Assembly (NCBI RefSeq): GCF_009914755.1
Contig: NC_060927.1
Length of the DNA stretch: 64,000 nt
DNA from: the human T2T-CHM13v2.0 reference genome, Homo sapiens
Reading direction: 5' to 3' (one strand)
Below are positions 30,831 through 45,977 of this stretch, piece by piece. The notes below the pieces were generated by a model, which saw only the letters and a program-made list of their open reading frames with translations, was not told the origin of the DNA and did no database searches. Within the stretch, counting starts at the first letter, position 1. Each line of letters starts with the position of its first letter. A program made the position numbers and the translations under genes.

Positions 30831-32688
30831 ATTTTACAAACTAATATTATTATAGGGAAAGAAAGAAAAAGAAAAAATTCTATCCATAAGAAAATAGATT
30901 CAAGAATTAGAAGTGCCTGTGTCTCCAGACGAGAAGGAACCAATGCAAGAATTTTGGCGTAATAAAAAATCGAATGTAGTGACACCACCAAAGGTTCACA
31001 CTAGCTCACCAGCAATGGTCCTTAACCAAAGGTGAATCCAGCACCATCACCCTGATACCAAAACCTGGCAAAGACACAATGAAAAAAGAAAACTTCAGGC
31101 TAATATCCCTGATAAATATAGATGCAAAAACCTCAACAAAATACTAGCAAACTAAATCTAGCAGCACAGCAAAAAGTTAATTCACATTAATCAAATAGGC
31201 TTCATTTCTGGGATTTCTGGGATGTAAGGTTGGTTCAACATACATGGATCAAAAAATGTGATTCACCGCTTAAACAGAATTTAAAACAAAAACCATATGA
31301 TCATCTCAATAGACATGGAAAAAGCCTCGATAAAATGCAACATTCATTCATGGTAAGAACCCTCAACAAAACTAGGCATCGAAGAAAGAAACTTCAAAAT
31401 AATAAAAGCCAGCTATGACAAACCCACAGCCGCCATCATACTGAACATAGAAAAGCTGGAAGTATTCCCCTTGAGAACTAGAACAAGACAAGGATGCCAA
31501 CTCTCCACTCCTATTCAACATAGCATTGGACGTCCTTGCCAGAGCAATCAGGCGAGAGAAAGAAAGGCATGCAAATAGGAAAAGGAAATGTCAAACTACC
31601 TCCACTGACAATACGATTCTGCACCTAGAAAACTCTAAAGACTCCACCAAATGGTTCCTGGGACTGATAAACAACTTCAGTAAAGTTTCAAAATGCAAAA
31701 TAAATGAACAAAAATCAGTAGGATTTCTATACATTCAAGCTGAAAGCCAAATCCAGAATGCAATCCCATTTACAATAGCCACACAAAAAAATACCTAGGA
31801 ATATGCCTAGGTATTTTCTCCTCCTCTAACCAAGGAGGAGAAAGATATCTGCAAGAATTACAAAATAATGCTAAAAGAAATCATAGATGACACAAACAAA
31901 TAGAAAAACATTCCATGCTCATGGATTAGAAGAATCAACATTGTTAAAAATGGCCACACTGTCCAATGCAATCTACAGATTCAATGCTATTCCTTTCAAA
32001 CTACCATTGCAATTTTTCACAGAATTAGAAAAAAAATTTAAATTCATATGGAACCAAAAAAGAGCCTGAAAAGCCAAAGCAATCTGAAGCAAAAAGAACA
32101 AAGCCAGAGGCATCACATTACCTGACTTCAACCTATACCATAAAAAAAAATTGACCATAGACCAATGGAACAGCATAGAGAACCCAGAAATGAAGCTGCA
32201 TTCCTACAGCCATGTGATCTTGGAGAAGGCTGACAAAAATAAGCAATGGGGAAAGGACTTTCTATTCAATAGGTGCTGGGGTAACTGCCTAGCCATACGC
32301 CAAAGGATGAAACTGGACCCTTACCTTTCACCATGTATAAAAGTTAACTCAAGATAAACTACAGATTTAAATGTAAGACCTCAAACTATAAGAATTCTAG
32401 AAGAAAACTTAGGAAATACCATTTTGAACACCAGCCTTGGGAAAAAAAATTATAACTAAGCCCTTAAAAGCAACTGTAACAAAACAAAAATTGATAAGTG
32501 GGACCTAATTAAACTAAAGAGCTTCTGCACAGCAAAAGAAACCATCAACAGAGTAAACAGACAACCTACAGAATGGGAGAAAATATTCACTAAGTATTCA
32601 TTCGTCAAAGGTCTACTATCCAGAATCTATAAGGAATATAAACAATTCAACAAGAAGAAAACAAATCACCCCATTAAAAAGCAAGCAA

Positions 32689-33044
<356 letters not shown>

Positions 33045-34216
33045 TCAGAGAAATGTGAATCAAAACTACAACGAGACAACATCTCTGACCAGTCAGAATG
33101 CTATTATTAAAAAATCAAAACATAACAAATGCTGGCAAAGCTTCAGAGAAAAGGGAACATTTATACATTGTTGGTGGGAATGTAAATTAGTTCAACCACT
33201 GTGGAAAGCAGTTTAAATTTTTCTCAAAAAACTTAGAACTATTGTTCAAGCCTGCAATCTCATTACTGGGTATATATCCAAAAGAAAATAAACCATTCTA
33301 CCAAAAAGACACATGCACTCATATGTTCATCACAGCACTATTCACAATAGCAGCAACATGGAATCAACCTAGGCGTCCATCAGTGGTAGACTGGATAAAG
33401 AAAATGTGGTACATATATATTACAGAATACTACATGGCCATAAAAAAAATTATGTCCTTTGCACCAACATGGATGCAGCTGGAGGCCATTAACCTATGCA
33501 TATTAATGCAAGAACAGAAAACCAAATACTGTATGTTATCCCTTTTAAGTTGGAGCTAGATATTGGGTACTCCTGGACATAAAGATGTCAACAATAGACA
33601 CTGGGGACTACTAGAGAAGAGAAAGAGGGAGTAGGGAAAGGATTGAAAAACTAACTATTGGGTACTAGCCTCACTTCCTGGGTGACAGGATCAATTGTAC
33701 CCCAAACCTCAGCATCACACAATATACCAATATAACAAACCTGCACATGTACCCTCTAAATCTAAAAAAGTTGAAACTAAAAAAAAAAAAAAAACTTCCA
33801 GGCCCAGATATCTTTACTAGTGAATTCTTCTAAACATTTAAAAAAGAAATAGCAATAATTTTACAAAACTCACCCATATTCTAGGGAAAAAAATAACATT
33901 TTCCAAATCATTTTTTTGAGTTCTGCAAATCTTAATACTAAAAAACCTGGCAAAGAAATTTTAAGACGGGAAAATTACTGGCTATCTCTCACATAATATA
34001 GATATAAAAATCCTAAATAAAGTATTACCAAATCAAATACAATAATAGAAAATAGATAACATATAACTACCAAGTTTTCATTTATTCTAACAAAACTGGA
34101 ATAGTAATCTAGCCTGGTCTAATATGTAATAATCAGTCAATGTAATTCACTACATAACAGAATAAAGGAGAAAATTAGTTTATCAGCTTATAAATGTAAA
34201 AAAAATGCAACATCCA

Positions 34217-34706
34217 TATGACAGGTAGAATAATGCCCCCACAAATATATTCGCATCCTAATCTCCAAAACCTGACATGACAAAAGGGACTTTGCAGATG
34301 CAAATAAGTTAACGGCCTTGAGATGGGGAGAGCACCCTGGATTATCCAGCCTAATCATGTGGTAACCTAATTATGTGGCTGATTAAAATAAGAACCTTTC
34401 CTGACTGTAGTTAGAGAGAGATGTGACTATGGGAGAATGGTGAGAGATTGAACATTGCTGGCTCTGAAGATGGAGGAGACAGGCAACAAGCCAAAGAATA
34501 TTAGTGACCTGTAAAAGCTGGAAAAAAGACACAGATTCTCTCCTAGAGCCTCCAGATGGAATATATCTCTGTCAAAACCTTGATTTTCAGTCCATGAGAC
34601 CCGTGTCAGGCTTTTTACCTAAAGAATTGTAGGATGATAAGTTTGTGTTGGCTTAATCCACTAAATCAGTATTAATTTCTTACAGCAGTAACAGACATGT
34701 AATAGA
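34217..34706 (+). mobile_element. MLT1D-like solo LTR
   Basis: caaaagggactttgcagatg...ttgagatggggag...cagattctctcctagagcctccaga. Confidence 0.85.
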
Positions 34707-34771
34707 ACCCATTAATGATAAAACTTTTACCTAACAGGGAATAGGAATGAAATTCCTTAATTTGAGAGTGT

Positions 34772-35311
34772 TGTCGAGATTCATAAAAGGTGTTCTTTCA
34801 TACCCTGAATATTCAAGAATTTGAGTCCATAAAACAAACTGATAATAGACAGATTAATAAAAGAAAAAGCATATAAATGTATTAATATGTAAGCACACGG
34901 AGTCATACAAAGTATAGAAACTCAAAAAGAAGCACCAGATAGCTGAAGCTTAAATACTCTCTCTACAGGGGAGAGGAAAGTGAGGGATGTAGGCAATTTT
35001 AGAGGAAGAGTAAATGATTTTTTAGGGGAGATGAATGAGCCCAAAGTATAAACAATAGCCTGGGACAACGCTCTTCTGGGCTCTGGGTGTGGTGTCACCT
35101 TCCTTCCTGCGATATGCATCAATTTCCCATGGTTAGTGAGACATCTGGGGAAGAGATTCACAACAGTTGAATGTCTTTTGGAGGATCTGGACTTTAGGTA
35201 GATAGGTAAAGTTCAGAAAAAAGGCCTTCCCTTCATTTGCTGCTCCCCCAGTGTTCTCAGTGTAAAGTACAAAGTGGCACATTTCAGGATATTGTTTTCT
35301 GAGCCCCAACA
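34772..35311 (-). mobile_element. MER34-family ERV1 solo LTR
   Basis: Reverse complement begins tgttggggctcagaaaacaatatcc; TSD-like gtgt / gtat. Confidence 0.75.
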
Positions 35312-35789
35312 GTATTCACCCAAAATTCACAAGAGGCCACATATTTAATGATGAAATGTTAAAACATTTTTCCTTAGATTGGGGAATGAGACAAGGGTGC
35401 CTGCAAGAATTACTTTTATCCAACATTAGTACAGGAGTCCCTAGCCATAAGACAGAGTTAAAAAAAAAAAGGTGGGGGGAGGGCTCAGAATTTTAAAAAG
35501 AGAAACTGCAATTATTCTCAGATAATCTAGAGACAAATTACTAGGATTAATAAGTGAATCCAAGGCTGAAAACACCTGAAAAATATACACAGGGAGTTTC
35601 CAGGATGCTGGAAGCATGTTGTTTGGTTTTTCGGTCTGCATGTGGTTGAGTTTATTTTGTGAAAATTCACCAAGCTCTTCCATTACAATTTTTGCACTTT
35701 TATATATGTATGTTCATGCTTCAATAGAAAGATCATTAAGAAAAAAAGACACGTGGGAGCCTGTCTTCAATCGTGATTATGAGTGGACA

Positions 35790-35990
35790 CTCTGAATCTT
35801 GACTTATTCTTGGTTTTGCCTCTCCCATACAAGTTACTTATACAAGATCTTATACAAGTTACTCAACTTCTCAACATTTCAGTATTCTTTACTACAGAAT
35901 GAGGATGATAGCATCCACCTTTGTGAGAAGATTAAGAGAGTTAATACACATAAAGTCCACAATGAACACTCAATAAATATTAACTATTTT
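35790..35990 (+). mobile_element. MIR
   Basis: caagttactcaacttctc...ttgtgagaagattaagagagttaatacacataaag...cactcaataaat. Confidence 0.7.
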
Positions 35991-36436
35991 ATTCCATAGC
36001 CAAGAGATAATCCACAGACCTAAAAGGTGGAAGTCAAACTAGACGAGCAGAGTTAATTGAGAAATCTGGAAGTGACTTTAAAATAAGTATAATTAAAAGC
36101 TTTCAGATCATAAGAACAGTAATTTATGAAGGAAATACAGATTTTTTTAAAAAGTAGTAGATTATAAAATCTCAAAATGAGAAGTATAATCATTAAAATA
36201 AAAAATTTAGTAAGCATGTTAAATAGTAAATTCATCAAAAGTGAAAAGAGAATTAGTAAATTTTAAAGAATAAACTGAATGAAAATCCAAAATAAACACA
36301 TAAGAATAATATATAGAAAATATGAACAAAAGTCACAGAGGCTAGACTTAGATACTCCAAATTACATCAAATCAGAACTCCTGAGGGAAAGAAGAGGGAA
36401 GGGGCAATGACTGTTTCATTATGTTGGGATTTGGGG

Positions 36437-36725
36437 ATTTTTTAGACAGGGTCTCTCTCTGTCACCCAGTTTAGAGGATAGTAGAATGATCGTACCTGAC
36501 TGCAGCCTCATCTTTCCAGCTCAAGTCATCCTCCTACCTCAGCCTCCCAAGTATCTGTGACTACAGGCATGCACCACCATGCAGGGCTAAACTTTTTAAA
36601 ATTTTAGTAGAGATGTGTTCTTGCTATGTTGCCCAGGCTGGTCTCAAACTCCTGAGCTCAAGCAATTCTCCTGCCTCGGCCTCCCAAAGTTCTGGGATTA
36701 CAGGTGTCAGCCGTCACAACTAGCC
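36437..36725 (-). mobile_element. AluJ, antisense
   Basis: agacagggtctctctctgtcaccca...; TSD tatgttgggattt / tatgctgggattt. Confidence 0.92.
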
Positions 36726-36954
36726 TATGCTGGGATTTTTGAAGAGCTGACGAAAGACTTGGGTCCTTAGATGAAGAAGGCACACTGGGTCCCAAGTGGT
36801 ATAAATAAAAGTAAACCCACACCTAAACATCATTTTAAGGCTACAAAACATCAATAGTAAAAGAAAGCCTGACAAGCTACCAGGAAGAAAGACTATTACC
36901 TAAAGTAGAAAGATGAACAGACTAACATCAATGAATCAGCAACAATAAATAAAT

Positions 36955-37154
36955 GCTGTGGCATACTGGAGCCAGCCTGCACCAACTCACAAGAGCCAAC
37001 TGAGAAATTTCCAGGAATTTTGTGAACCAGTCATTAAAATGTCAGTAGTTTAAAATCAGCTATGGTGGGAGTATTTATACCATAGAAATTGATAAATGCT
37101 ACAAACCAGAGTTCTTTCTCCAGCCTCCAGAAAACATTTACCAGCACATCACTG
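36955..37154. mobile_element. MER63-like hAT-Blackjack element
   Basis: ctggagccagc...atggtgggagtatttataccatagaaattg...catttaccagcacatcactg. Confidence 0.8.
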
Positions 37155-37854
37155 AATAAAGGCCAGAAACAATAAAAATCTCTAAAACACTTGATGAAAA
37201 GTAGCTCTCAGCCTAGGATTCTATACCAAGCCAAAACATCCTTTGAGACTGAGAGGAAAAATAAAAACATTTCCAACCTACCTGAAACTAAAAAAATTTG
37301 AATCCACAGACCTATGCCAAACAAAATACTGAAAGCTACATATACTTGGATAGGAAGAAAAATAAACCCAGAAGTAAGGAGTAAAGAAAATCAGCAAACT
37401 ATATTCTTAAATATAAATCACTATTATCATTATTACAATTAACTGCAAAAAGTGTAAATAATTTATATTTAAAAGCAATGTGGAATCAAAATATTGGGCA
37501 CCAATAACATGGGAGAAAACAATAATGAGGGGATGTTGGAGGGATGTTTAATATGCCAAAACTTTTGTGTTGTTCATAAAGGAGATGAATAAATTGATTA
37601 CTTTTTAGACTGCATCATAAAAACATAGTTTACTATGTGTGAGGATGCACTGGTGACAGCCTAACACACAGTGGGACCTTAATATATAATTTCTATGTCC
37701 ATTACCAAGGGAATTATATTTTTCTTGTTTTTCTTAAATTTGGAAAACAGCACTGCAGAAATTAATCTAGGATTGAGCCCATTTTGTTTTGTACAAGTAC
37801 AAAAAGACATTAACACTTGATATGAATTATAGTCGAGAGATATGGAACTAATAT

Positions 37855-38282
37855 TGAAAGGAGTTAGCCAGCTTGCTTTAGTCAGACAGTAAGGGAAGTG
37901 CCCTCGGAGAATCTCCGACCCACCCCACAAGTGCTTGCACCAGATGTTTTGTGCAGATAAGGGAACTTGCACATGGGGCTTGCCTGAACATCCCCACAGC
38001 AGACTAAGGGACCTCATGTGCACTGTGGGGAGGGAGTGGAGCCACCAGGAATTCACGCCTTATACCCAGCCCCATCAGTTTTTATATAAAACCCCTGGTA
38101 TTCAACTGTGAAGGAGACAACCAGGAGCCTGCTATCAGGACCCCTCTCTTTGCTGAGAGCTTTCCTTTCACTTAATAAATTCTATTCCACTCATTCTTTG
38201 AGGGTCCATGTGCCTACTTTTTCCTGGTGTTGTGACAAGAACCCAGACCTAGCTGAACTAAGGGGCAAAAAATCCTGCATCA
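37855..38282 (+). mobile_element. ERV1 solo LTR (MER61/MER83/MER84 group)
   Basis: TG...CA ends; perfect TSD atat at 37851-37854 and 38283-38286; TATA 38083-38090; AATAAA 38174-38179. Confidence 0.85.
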
Positions 38283-38784
38283 ATATTTAACATTATAACC
38301 ATCTGGACATAAAATCATGATAACATGCAATCATGATCATTTTTATTCAGTTCCAACTTATTTTATTCTTCTGCTTGTCATGTCTACATCTCTATTATGG
38401 ACTCACAAGATCCTATCATTCCTACAGACTTCTCAAAGCAAAACAATTCCCTATTAACATCATGGGTCTGATTTTTTTCTTTACCAACCATGTTTTAAGT
38501 GGTTCTGTACGGGGTGGAATTTTTTCTCTTTGCTGCTTCATTCCCATTGTACCAGACTGACAACATGAATTCTCATGGCCTTACTCTCAATTATTCTTTC
38601 TTGGAATTATACATTTAGTAATGCAGAGACTGAAAGGGGATCCAGAAAGAGAAATAGTGGGGAGTAGGAAGGGGGTAGAGGGTGATTTCAAGTGGATTTT
38701 CTTGTAAGTTTTTTGTAACCCTCACACAGAAGATAAATTTGTCACAAGATACATCTTTGCTGACAAAGAAACTCAGAGTAATAG

Positions 38785-39082
<298 letters not shown>

Positions 39083-39235
39083 TTGTTCTGCAGTTACTCT
39101 GAGTTCTGATTTCCTCTTGTGAGGTTTCTTGTCTGTTTTATGAGGCATTTAATATAGAACATATTTAATACAAATAGACCTTGCCAAGTTCTCACTGAAG
39201 ACAACCACTACTGCCCTATCCTTGCCCCAATCCAG

Positions 39236-39380
39236 CAGTTACTTATGACCAGGAGGACCCAGTTTACCTGGGACACTCCTGGCTTACATCTCTTGTCTGG
39301 CATAATTATTATTAGCACCTCCATAATTATTCATAGCACTCCAAAAGTGTCCTGGGTTAGATAAACTATATGGTCACCTT
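39236..39380. mobile_element. MER94-like hAT-Blackjack element
   Basis: ccagtttacctgggaca...cataattatt...tatatggtcacct. Confidence 0.7.
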
Positions 39381-39434
39381 CCTTATGAGCAGTCAGTTAT
39401 GCCTCTCCTGGATCAGATGTGGAGGGAAGGAGAT

Positions 39435-39670
39435 TAGTATTACGGAGGGTTTATTTTGACTAAACACTGGGCTAGATACTGTGTAAGTAATTTCAGTACA
39501 TCTTAACACAACCCTAGGAGACAGGTAACATTTATTACCAACTAGAGATTAGGAAAGTAATGTTCACAGAGTATGAAGTGGGTCCATGGGCATACAACTT
39601 ATGAATGGCTAATTAAGGACCAGAATCCAGAGCTAAAGTCAAAACCAGTGCTCTTCCTCCTAGACCACCT
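39435..39670 (-). mobile_element. MIR, antisense
   Basis: cacaaccctaggagacaggta...ccagtgctcttcctcctagacca. Confidence 0.6.
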
Positions 39671-39988
39671 TCCCAACAAAAGAAAACTGAATCAGAATAT
39701 CACCATCTACCACTGTGAGATTTGAAAAGTTTGCCATTGCTCCCTACCAAGAGCCAAAGACACCAGACATTTACTGTAATGTATTTGGGCAGCCATCTGT
39801 GGAAAATTATCTGCAAAAATGACCACCCATAATTTCTGTAGCCGCATGCCATATCTCCTATCCAGAAGTGAAGTCTTTTTCCTTTCCCTTAAATCTGGGC
39901 TGGCACTGTGACTGGCTTTCACCAATGGAACACAGCAAAAATGACACTGTGCCAGTTTCAGGCCTAGGCCTTAAGAAACCTGGCAACA

Positions 39989-40340
<352 letters not shown>

Positions 40341-40342
40341 CT

Positions 40343-40585
40343 AGACTGGGCAACATGGTGAGACTCCATCTCTACCAAAAAAAAAAAAAAATTTCAGTTA
40401 GCCAGGCATGTCCATGTAGTCTCAGCTACTGGGGAGGCTAAGGAGGGAGGATCGCTTGATCCGAGAAGGTCAAGGCTTCAGTGCACTGTGATTGCACCAC
40501 TACACTCCAGCCTAGGTGTCAGAGCATGAGTTTGTCTCAAAAACAAACAAACAAACAAACAAAAAACAACAACAACAACAACAAC
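40343..40585 (+). mobile_element. 5'-truncated AluJ with (AAAC)/(CAA) tail
   Basis: ctgggcaacatggtgagac...aaggtcaaggct. Confidence 0.88.
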
Positions 40586-41197
40586 TCTGGGCTATCCTAA
40601 GCTATCCTAATAGAAAGAAGGATTGCATGAATAGAAATGCCAGGTGGAGATGGATTAAAGCAACCCAGAGGATAGAAGGGAACACCACACCCCAGTATGT
40701 GAGACCATCTTAGATGTACAGCCTCTCCCAACCCTCAGATGAACAGTGCTGCATGAGTGAGCTCAGTCAATATGGGGAGCCAAGCTAACTCTGCTGGGTC
40801 CTACCCAGATTTCCTGACCCACAGAATTGTGAATAATCAGTGGGTGTTGTTTTAAGACACTGAACTTTGGAGAGGTTAGTAACACAGCAATAGTTAACTG
40901 ATGCACTATCTTTTTCCCTACTCCCTTATCTCTACCACACTCTGAGGCTCATCTCTCTGGGTCTTTTAGAAAGCCAGGGAATGATGGCCAGGCAGGAAAC
41001 ACTGCCTTGGAGCCCGAACAAGCCAGCAGGCTTGTTTCCTCCTCCTGTCAACATTTCCCATGCCAGCCTTGCCCCATTCCCATTTTGCTTTGCCTCACAT
41101 GAAATTATAGAAATTTCCCCATTTCTCCTTTATTATATCTATACCTCTGTCCTGTAATTCCAAGGCCACTACCATGCCCACTTTAGATCTTCCCTCA

Positions 41198-41375
<178 letters not shown>

Positions 41376-42479
41376 TAAAATTACAATTTTCCTATGGCTA
41401 TTCTTGAGTGTGAGGAACATCTGTAAATGTGTGTCTGTGTATGTGTGTGCATTTGTGTATGTGTATGTATCAGTGCACATGTACTCATTTTTATGTATAT
41501 TCCCTAAATCTCAACAAAGTCAAAATTACACTTAACTCTACATGTGTTTGAGTCATGCAACATACATGGATGTCTAATCTCTTTATGTAAGTTTCCCAGT
41601 GCCAACTAATAATGCATCAATTTCCAACAAAAAGCCCCTGTAACTCTTTAAAAAGATTCATTAATCTAATTTTATTAATTCAGTAGTCACAATATGAATA
41701 CGCTGTATTGACCTGAAGAGCTTATTTCATGTTTTTAAGAGATTTAAACTGTTTCCAATGGCAACCAGAGAATCAGCTTGACATCTCAGACAATAAAACC
41801 TTAGCATTCATCCATATCATGAGCCAAGCAGAGAGCTGGGAGGTTTATGACATTTTAATCATTGATAATTTTGGTTGTGCTGATAAGAAAACTTTTTAAT
41901 GTGAGGAACTTGGAGAGGGTTCCAAGGAAAGCTGCCAAGGTAATTAAAGCAGCCTTGTAAATTGGTTTGAAGAATATGCCAGGCTGACAAAACAACCATC
42001 AGCCTATATGACCCTCCCCTCCCCTGGCCAACCCAATCTATTCGTCAGATAACCTCAGCTTAATTGAAATTGACAACACAATGATGACAAATATGTGCCA
42101 TGGCTTAAGCAGCACATACTACCTTATAATCCTTTACAGAATGTGGCAATAAATAATGAGACTGGTCATTTGTACCCTGCTGACTTCCTGAAAGTGTTTT
42201 AGGCAGCTTACATTTAAAAATGCAATGAGAAGAATGTGTAAAATTAACACAAGGTAATAGCCAGTCTCAGCCGTTTCAAAATGTGTTTGGAAACTAATGA
42301 AGGAGTGGAAATTAAGCCAAAATCATGCTAAATGAGGAAATTTAGGACATATGAATATAAATATAGTCCTCACAACATAGGATGGAGGAAAGGTCATAGG
42401 AGGCGAGGGAAAAGCACACTCACAGTGAAGTGTAGGGAATAGATGAAAGGAAAAGTAGAGGGAGAGTACCAACATATAC

Positions 42480-43050
42480 TTGATTCCAGTCTACATACAG
42501 TGAACTGTTCTAGGACTTCTAGTATCTCATTTAATCTTCACAGTAATTGATGAGAAAACTGAGACTCAGATCCTGGGTAACTTGCCCGAAGTCTCGCCTC
42601 CATAACGTGATGAAACAACGTGCCCAACCTAAAGCCATTTGACTCCAAACCCAGTATTCTTTCTGCTCAACAATTCTCAGTCAAGAAGAGATTTATTTAA
42701 GGACACTAAGCAATAGAATAAATTGTGTTATGCAAAGTCATTCTTTCACCTATGCAAGAGTGTTCCTTGTGGGCCTGTTTTCAGAAGACAGGTATGTTGT
42801 ACTGCTGAGGCATTTGTATACAATGGTTAAGGGCACAAGCTCTTGAGAGTGAAAGCAAATTTGAATCCCAGTTGCATCACTTCCTAGTTATGTGATCTTT
42901 GGCAATTTACTGGACCTCTTGGGGCTTCAGTTTCCCCATTAGAAAAGTGAGAACAATTAAGCCTGGCTCACTGGATGGTGAAAGGACGACATAACACAGG
43001 CAAAGTGCTTAGCACAGAGTTCTGAACACAGTAGAACTTAAATATATTTT
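42480..43050. mobile_element. Two MIRs in opposite orientation (~42480-42670 minus, ~42810-43050 plus)
   Basis: gatgagaaaactgagactcaga...aacttgccc; ttgaatcccag...ttcagtttcccc...aaagtgcttagcacag. Confidence 0.75.
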
Positions 43051-43074
43051 TATTCCAATTTCTATATCTATGTT

Positions 43075-43320
43075 TATTAAGTCAAGATGGCCATTGTTTT
43101 ACTGAAATATTTACAGGTAAAATGACATCCTGTCTTGGATTTGCTTCAAAATATTTTAGCTTAAAAAGGAGGTGAGAAGAGCATTACGTGGGAATAAGGA
43201 AACAAGACTAACAAATGCTGATGATTGTTGAAACCACGTGAAGCTGGTATATGGGGTTCACTAGGCAATTCTCTTTACTTTGGTGTACACTTGAAATTTT
43301 CCACAATAAAAACTTTTTTT
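43075..43320 (+). mobile_element. L1ME-like 3' end
   Basis: tactgaaatatttacaggtaaaatgaca...ttgaaattttccacaataaaa. Confidence 0.75.
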
Positions 43321-44702
43321 TAATGTTCGTGGTTAGAATACCCAAAGGACACATATGTTGATGAAAAATGCCAGAACTAAAGACTGAGAGGAAGAAAAGA
43401 CTGAATCCTAGTTAGCCTGGTATCTCCTCAGAAGGCCTCAGGGGATCGAGGCCTGGAATGATTACTTTCTTGAATCCAAGCTGTGTATCACATAAAATTT
43501 CAAAGAGGTGACTGTTACCCTGTTCTTCAAAAGTTTGAAAATAAGAGTTGCCATGCAATCTCTAGAACTAAAGCTAATTATTTTTTGAATGCCATTACCT
43601 TGGTTTCCCTTCTTTCTACCTCCATCCACTGGCGTAGCCTACCATATTTATCTTTTCAATATTACCATTTTTGTTATCAGCCTCTCTTTCCAGCACACAC
43701 AACTTCCCTGTCCTTTGAATTTCCTTATGCCTGCCAAGGGATTCCAGCTGAAGTTTCTATGACTGGCCTTCCTTAGATCTCCTAAAGATTTTCTATTTAA
43801 GACCGTTTGCTTAAAGTCTACTAACAATGCTTTTTTGAGTTACAATAGCTTTATTATTAAAAGGCATATATGCTTTTAGGAAGAAAAACACATTGTCACC
43901 CATATGTGTCAATTAATTGATCGTGAATTAAGTAGGATGAGATTCCAGGATGTGATGACTGTGGAGAGGAGGTATGTTCAGAAAGAGGAGGTGGCATCAA
44001 AGCCAAAGTTTGCAATTTTGCTCCACTGTTTCCCAAAGAATTGTCTCATGTCCATATCCCTCACTCCTTCTTAGCAAGATTTGCCTGTCCACTGTCACAT
44101 GCATAATAGCTCACTCTGTTTTCTAAGCTAGATAACTTGAGCAACTTATTCTTGAAAAGGTGGAAATGGCTAACAGTTTATATCCAAACATGACTACCTC
44201 CTAGGAACACATTTGTGGTACCCAGAAACAAACAAACAAACATAGACCTTAGAATCAAAGAACCTAAGAAAAGATGGAAAACAAATGACCCTCTCACCAT
44301 AAGTGCCACATGATGTAATGCTAGAATTTTGTTTATGCTATTAACAATCACTTATGCATTTGTTTGTTGAAATTAGATTGGACTGTGAAGGCACAACCCC
44401 TCATCAGCTAATTTTACCCCTTCATTCCACCATGTTGAATTGTCTTTTTACAACCATCATGGAAATATAGTCTAACAATGTGGAATCGAATACATCCAGT
44501 TCCCTTTAGCATTTTCTTACCAACATGAGTGGTAATAGAACCAGTATGCTAGGACTTATGTAGAGAGCTGCAGGTGATAGAACAGTCTCATTATTTCAAT
44601 TATATCCATATTTGCAATTTATTTAATTATTATCATTAGTTCCCTGTATAAATTGGTTGGGGTATTAGTCTCCAGCTAAGTTATTTTATAAAACCTTAAA
44701 TT

Positions 44703-44996
44703 AGCCGGGCATAGTGGCTCACACCTATAATCTCTGCACTTTGGGAGGCCGAGATGAGTGGATCACTTGAGCTGAGGAATTCGAGACCAACCTGAGCACC
44801 ATGGCAAAACCCTGTCTCTACTAAAAATACAAAAATTAGCTGGGCGTGGTGGCATATGCCTATGGTCCAAGCTACTCCAGAGGCTGAGATGGGAGGATCA
44901 CCTGAGCCCAGGGAGGTCAAGGCATCAGTGAGCCAAGTTTGCACCACTGCACTCCAGCCTGGGTGACAGAGTGAGACCCTGCCAAAAAAAAAAAAA
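44703..44996 (+). mobile_element. AluJ
   Basis: Dimer; gaggtcaagg...gtgagaccctg; poly(A). Confidence 0.93.
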
Positions 44997-45202
44997 CCAC
45001 TTTAAATTATTTCCAGTACTGGTGATACCTTTCTTTTAATAATCAACAGCTAAATAACAAAAAAGTTTTAACGAAATACCATCTTACTTACAGATTTCAA
45101 CAACAAAAGGGTTCACTGTGTTTATTACTAACTCAACTTACCCCATTGCGTAGCCCCTTTGTAGATAAAAGCCATGTAAGGTCAACTCAAAGCACACTAT
45201 TA

Positions 45203-45630
<428 letters not shown>

Positions 45631-45977
45631 CTAGTCTGTGATTTCATGACTTGCTTGTGATTGAAAGCTTTCCAGAAATCATTTGGACCTCTGTGCATCA
45701 CTCCAGTAACCACACATTAACCCTAGTAACTAGACTTCAGTAACATACCTTACACCTGTGTTTTCCCTGCCGCCAGTCTTTTCACGCCCACAGCTTATTA
45801 CCAGAGCAATTCAGCTGGATGGGAAATATTTCCATTGGTCTCTCCTGACCAGGCTAATTGCCCCCTTGTGCTGCCCCATCTTTTTAAGTGTATACTCTAT
45901 TGTCCCATTTGTTAGCCTGTAGTTGCAGTTATTCACTGACATGTCTATTGCTGCCCCCAAAGAGTTTAAGGAAACGA

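Larger units (their letters stand above)
36050..37620 (+). mobile_element. Ancient L1/HAL1 ORF1-like region, interrupted by Alu and MER63
   Basis: gaaaagagaattagtaaa...aaacccacacctaaacatcat...cagcctaggattctataccaagccaaa. Confidence 0.55.
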
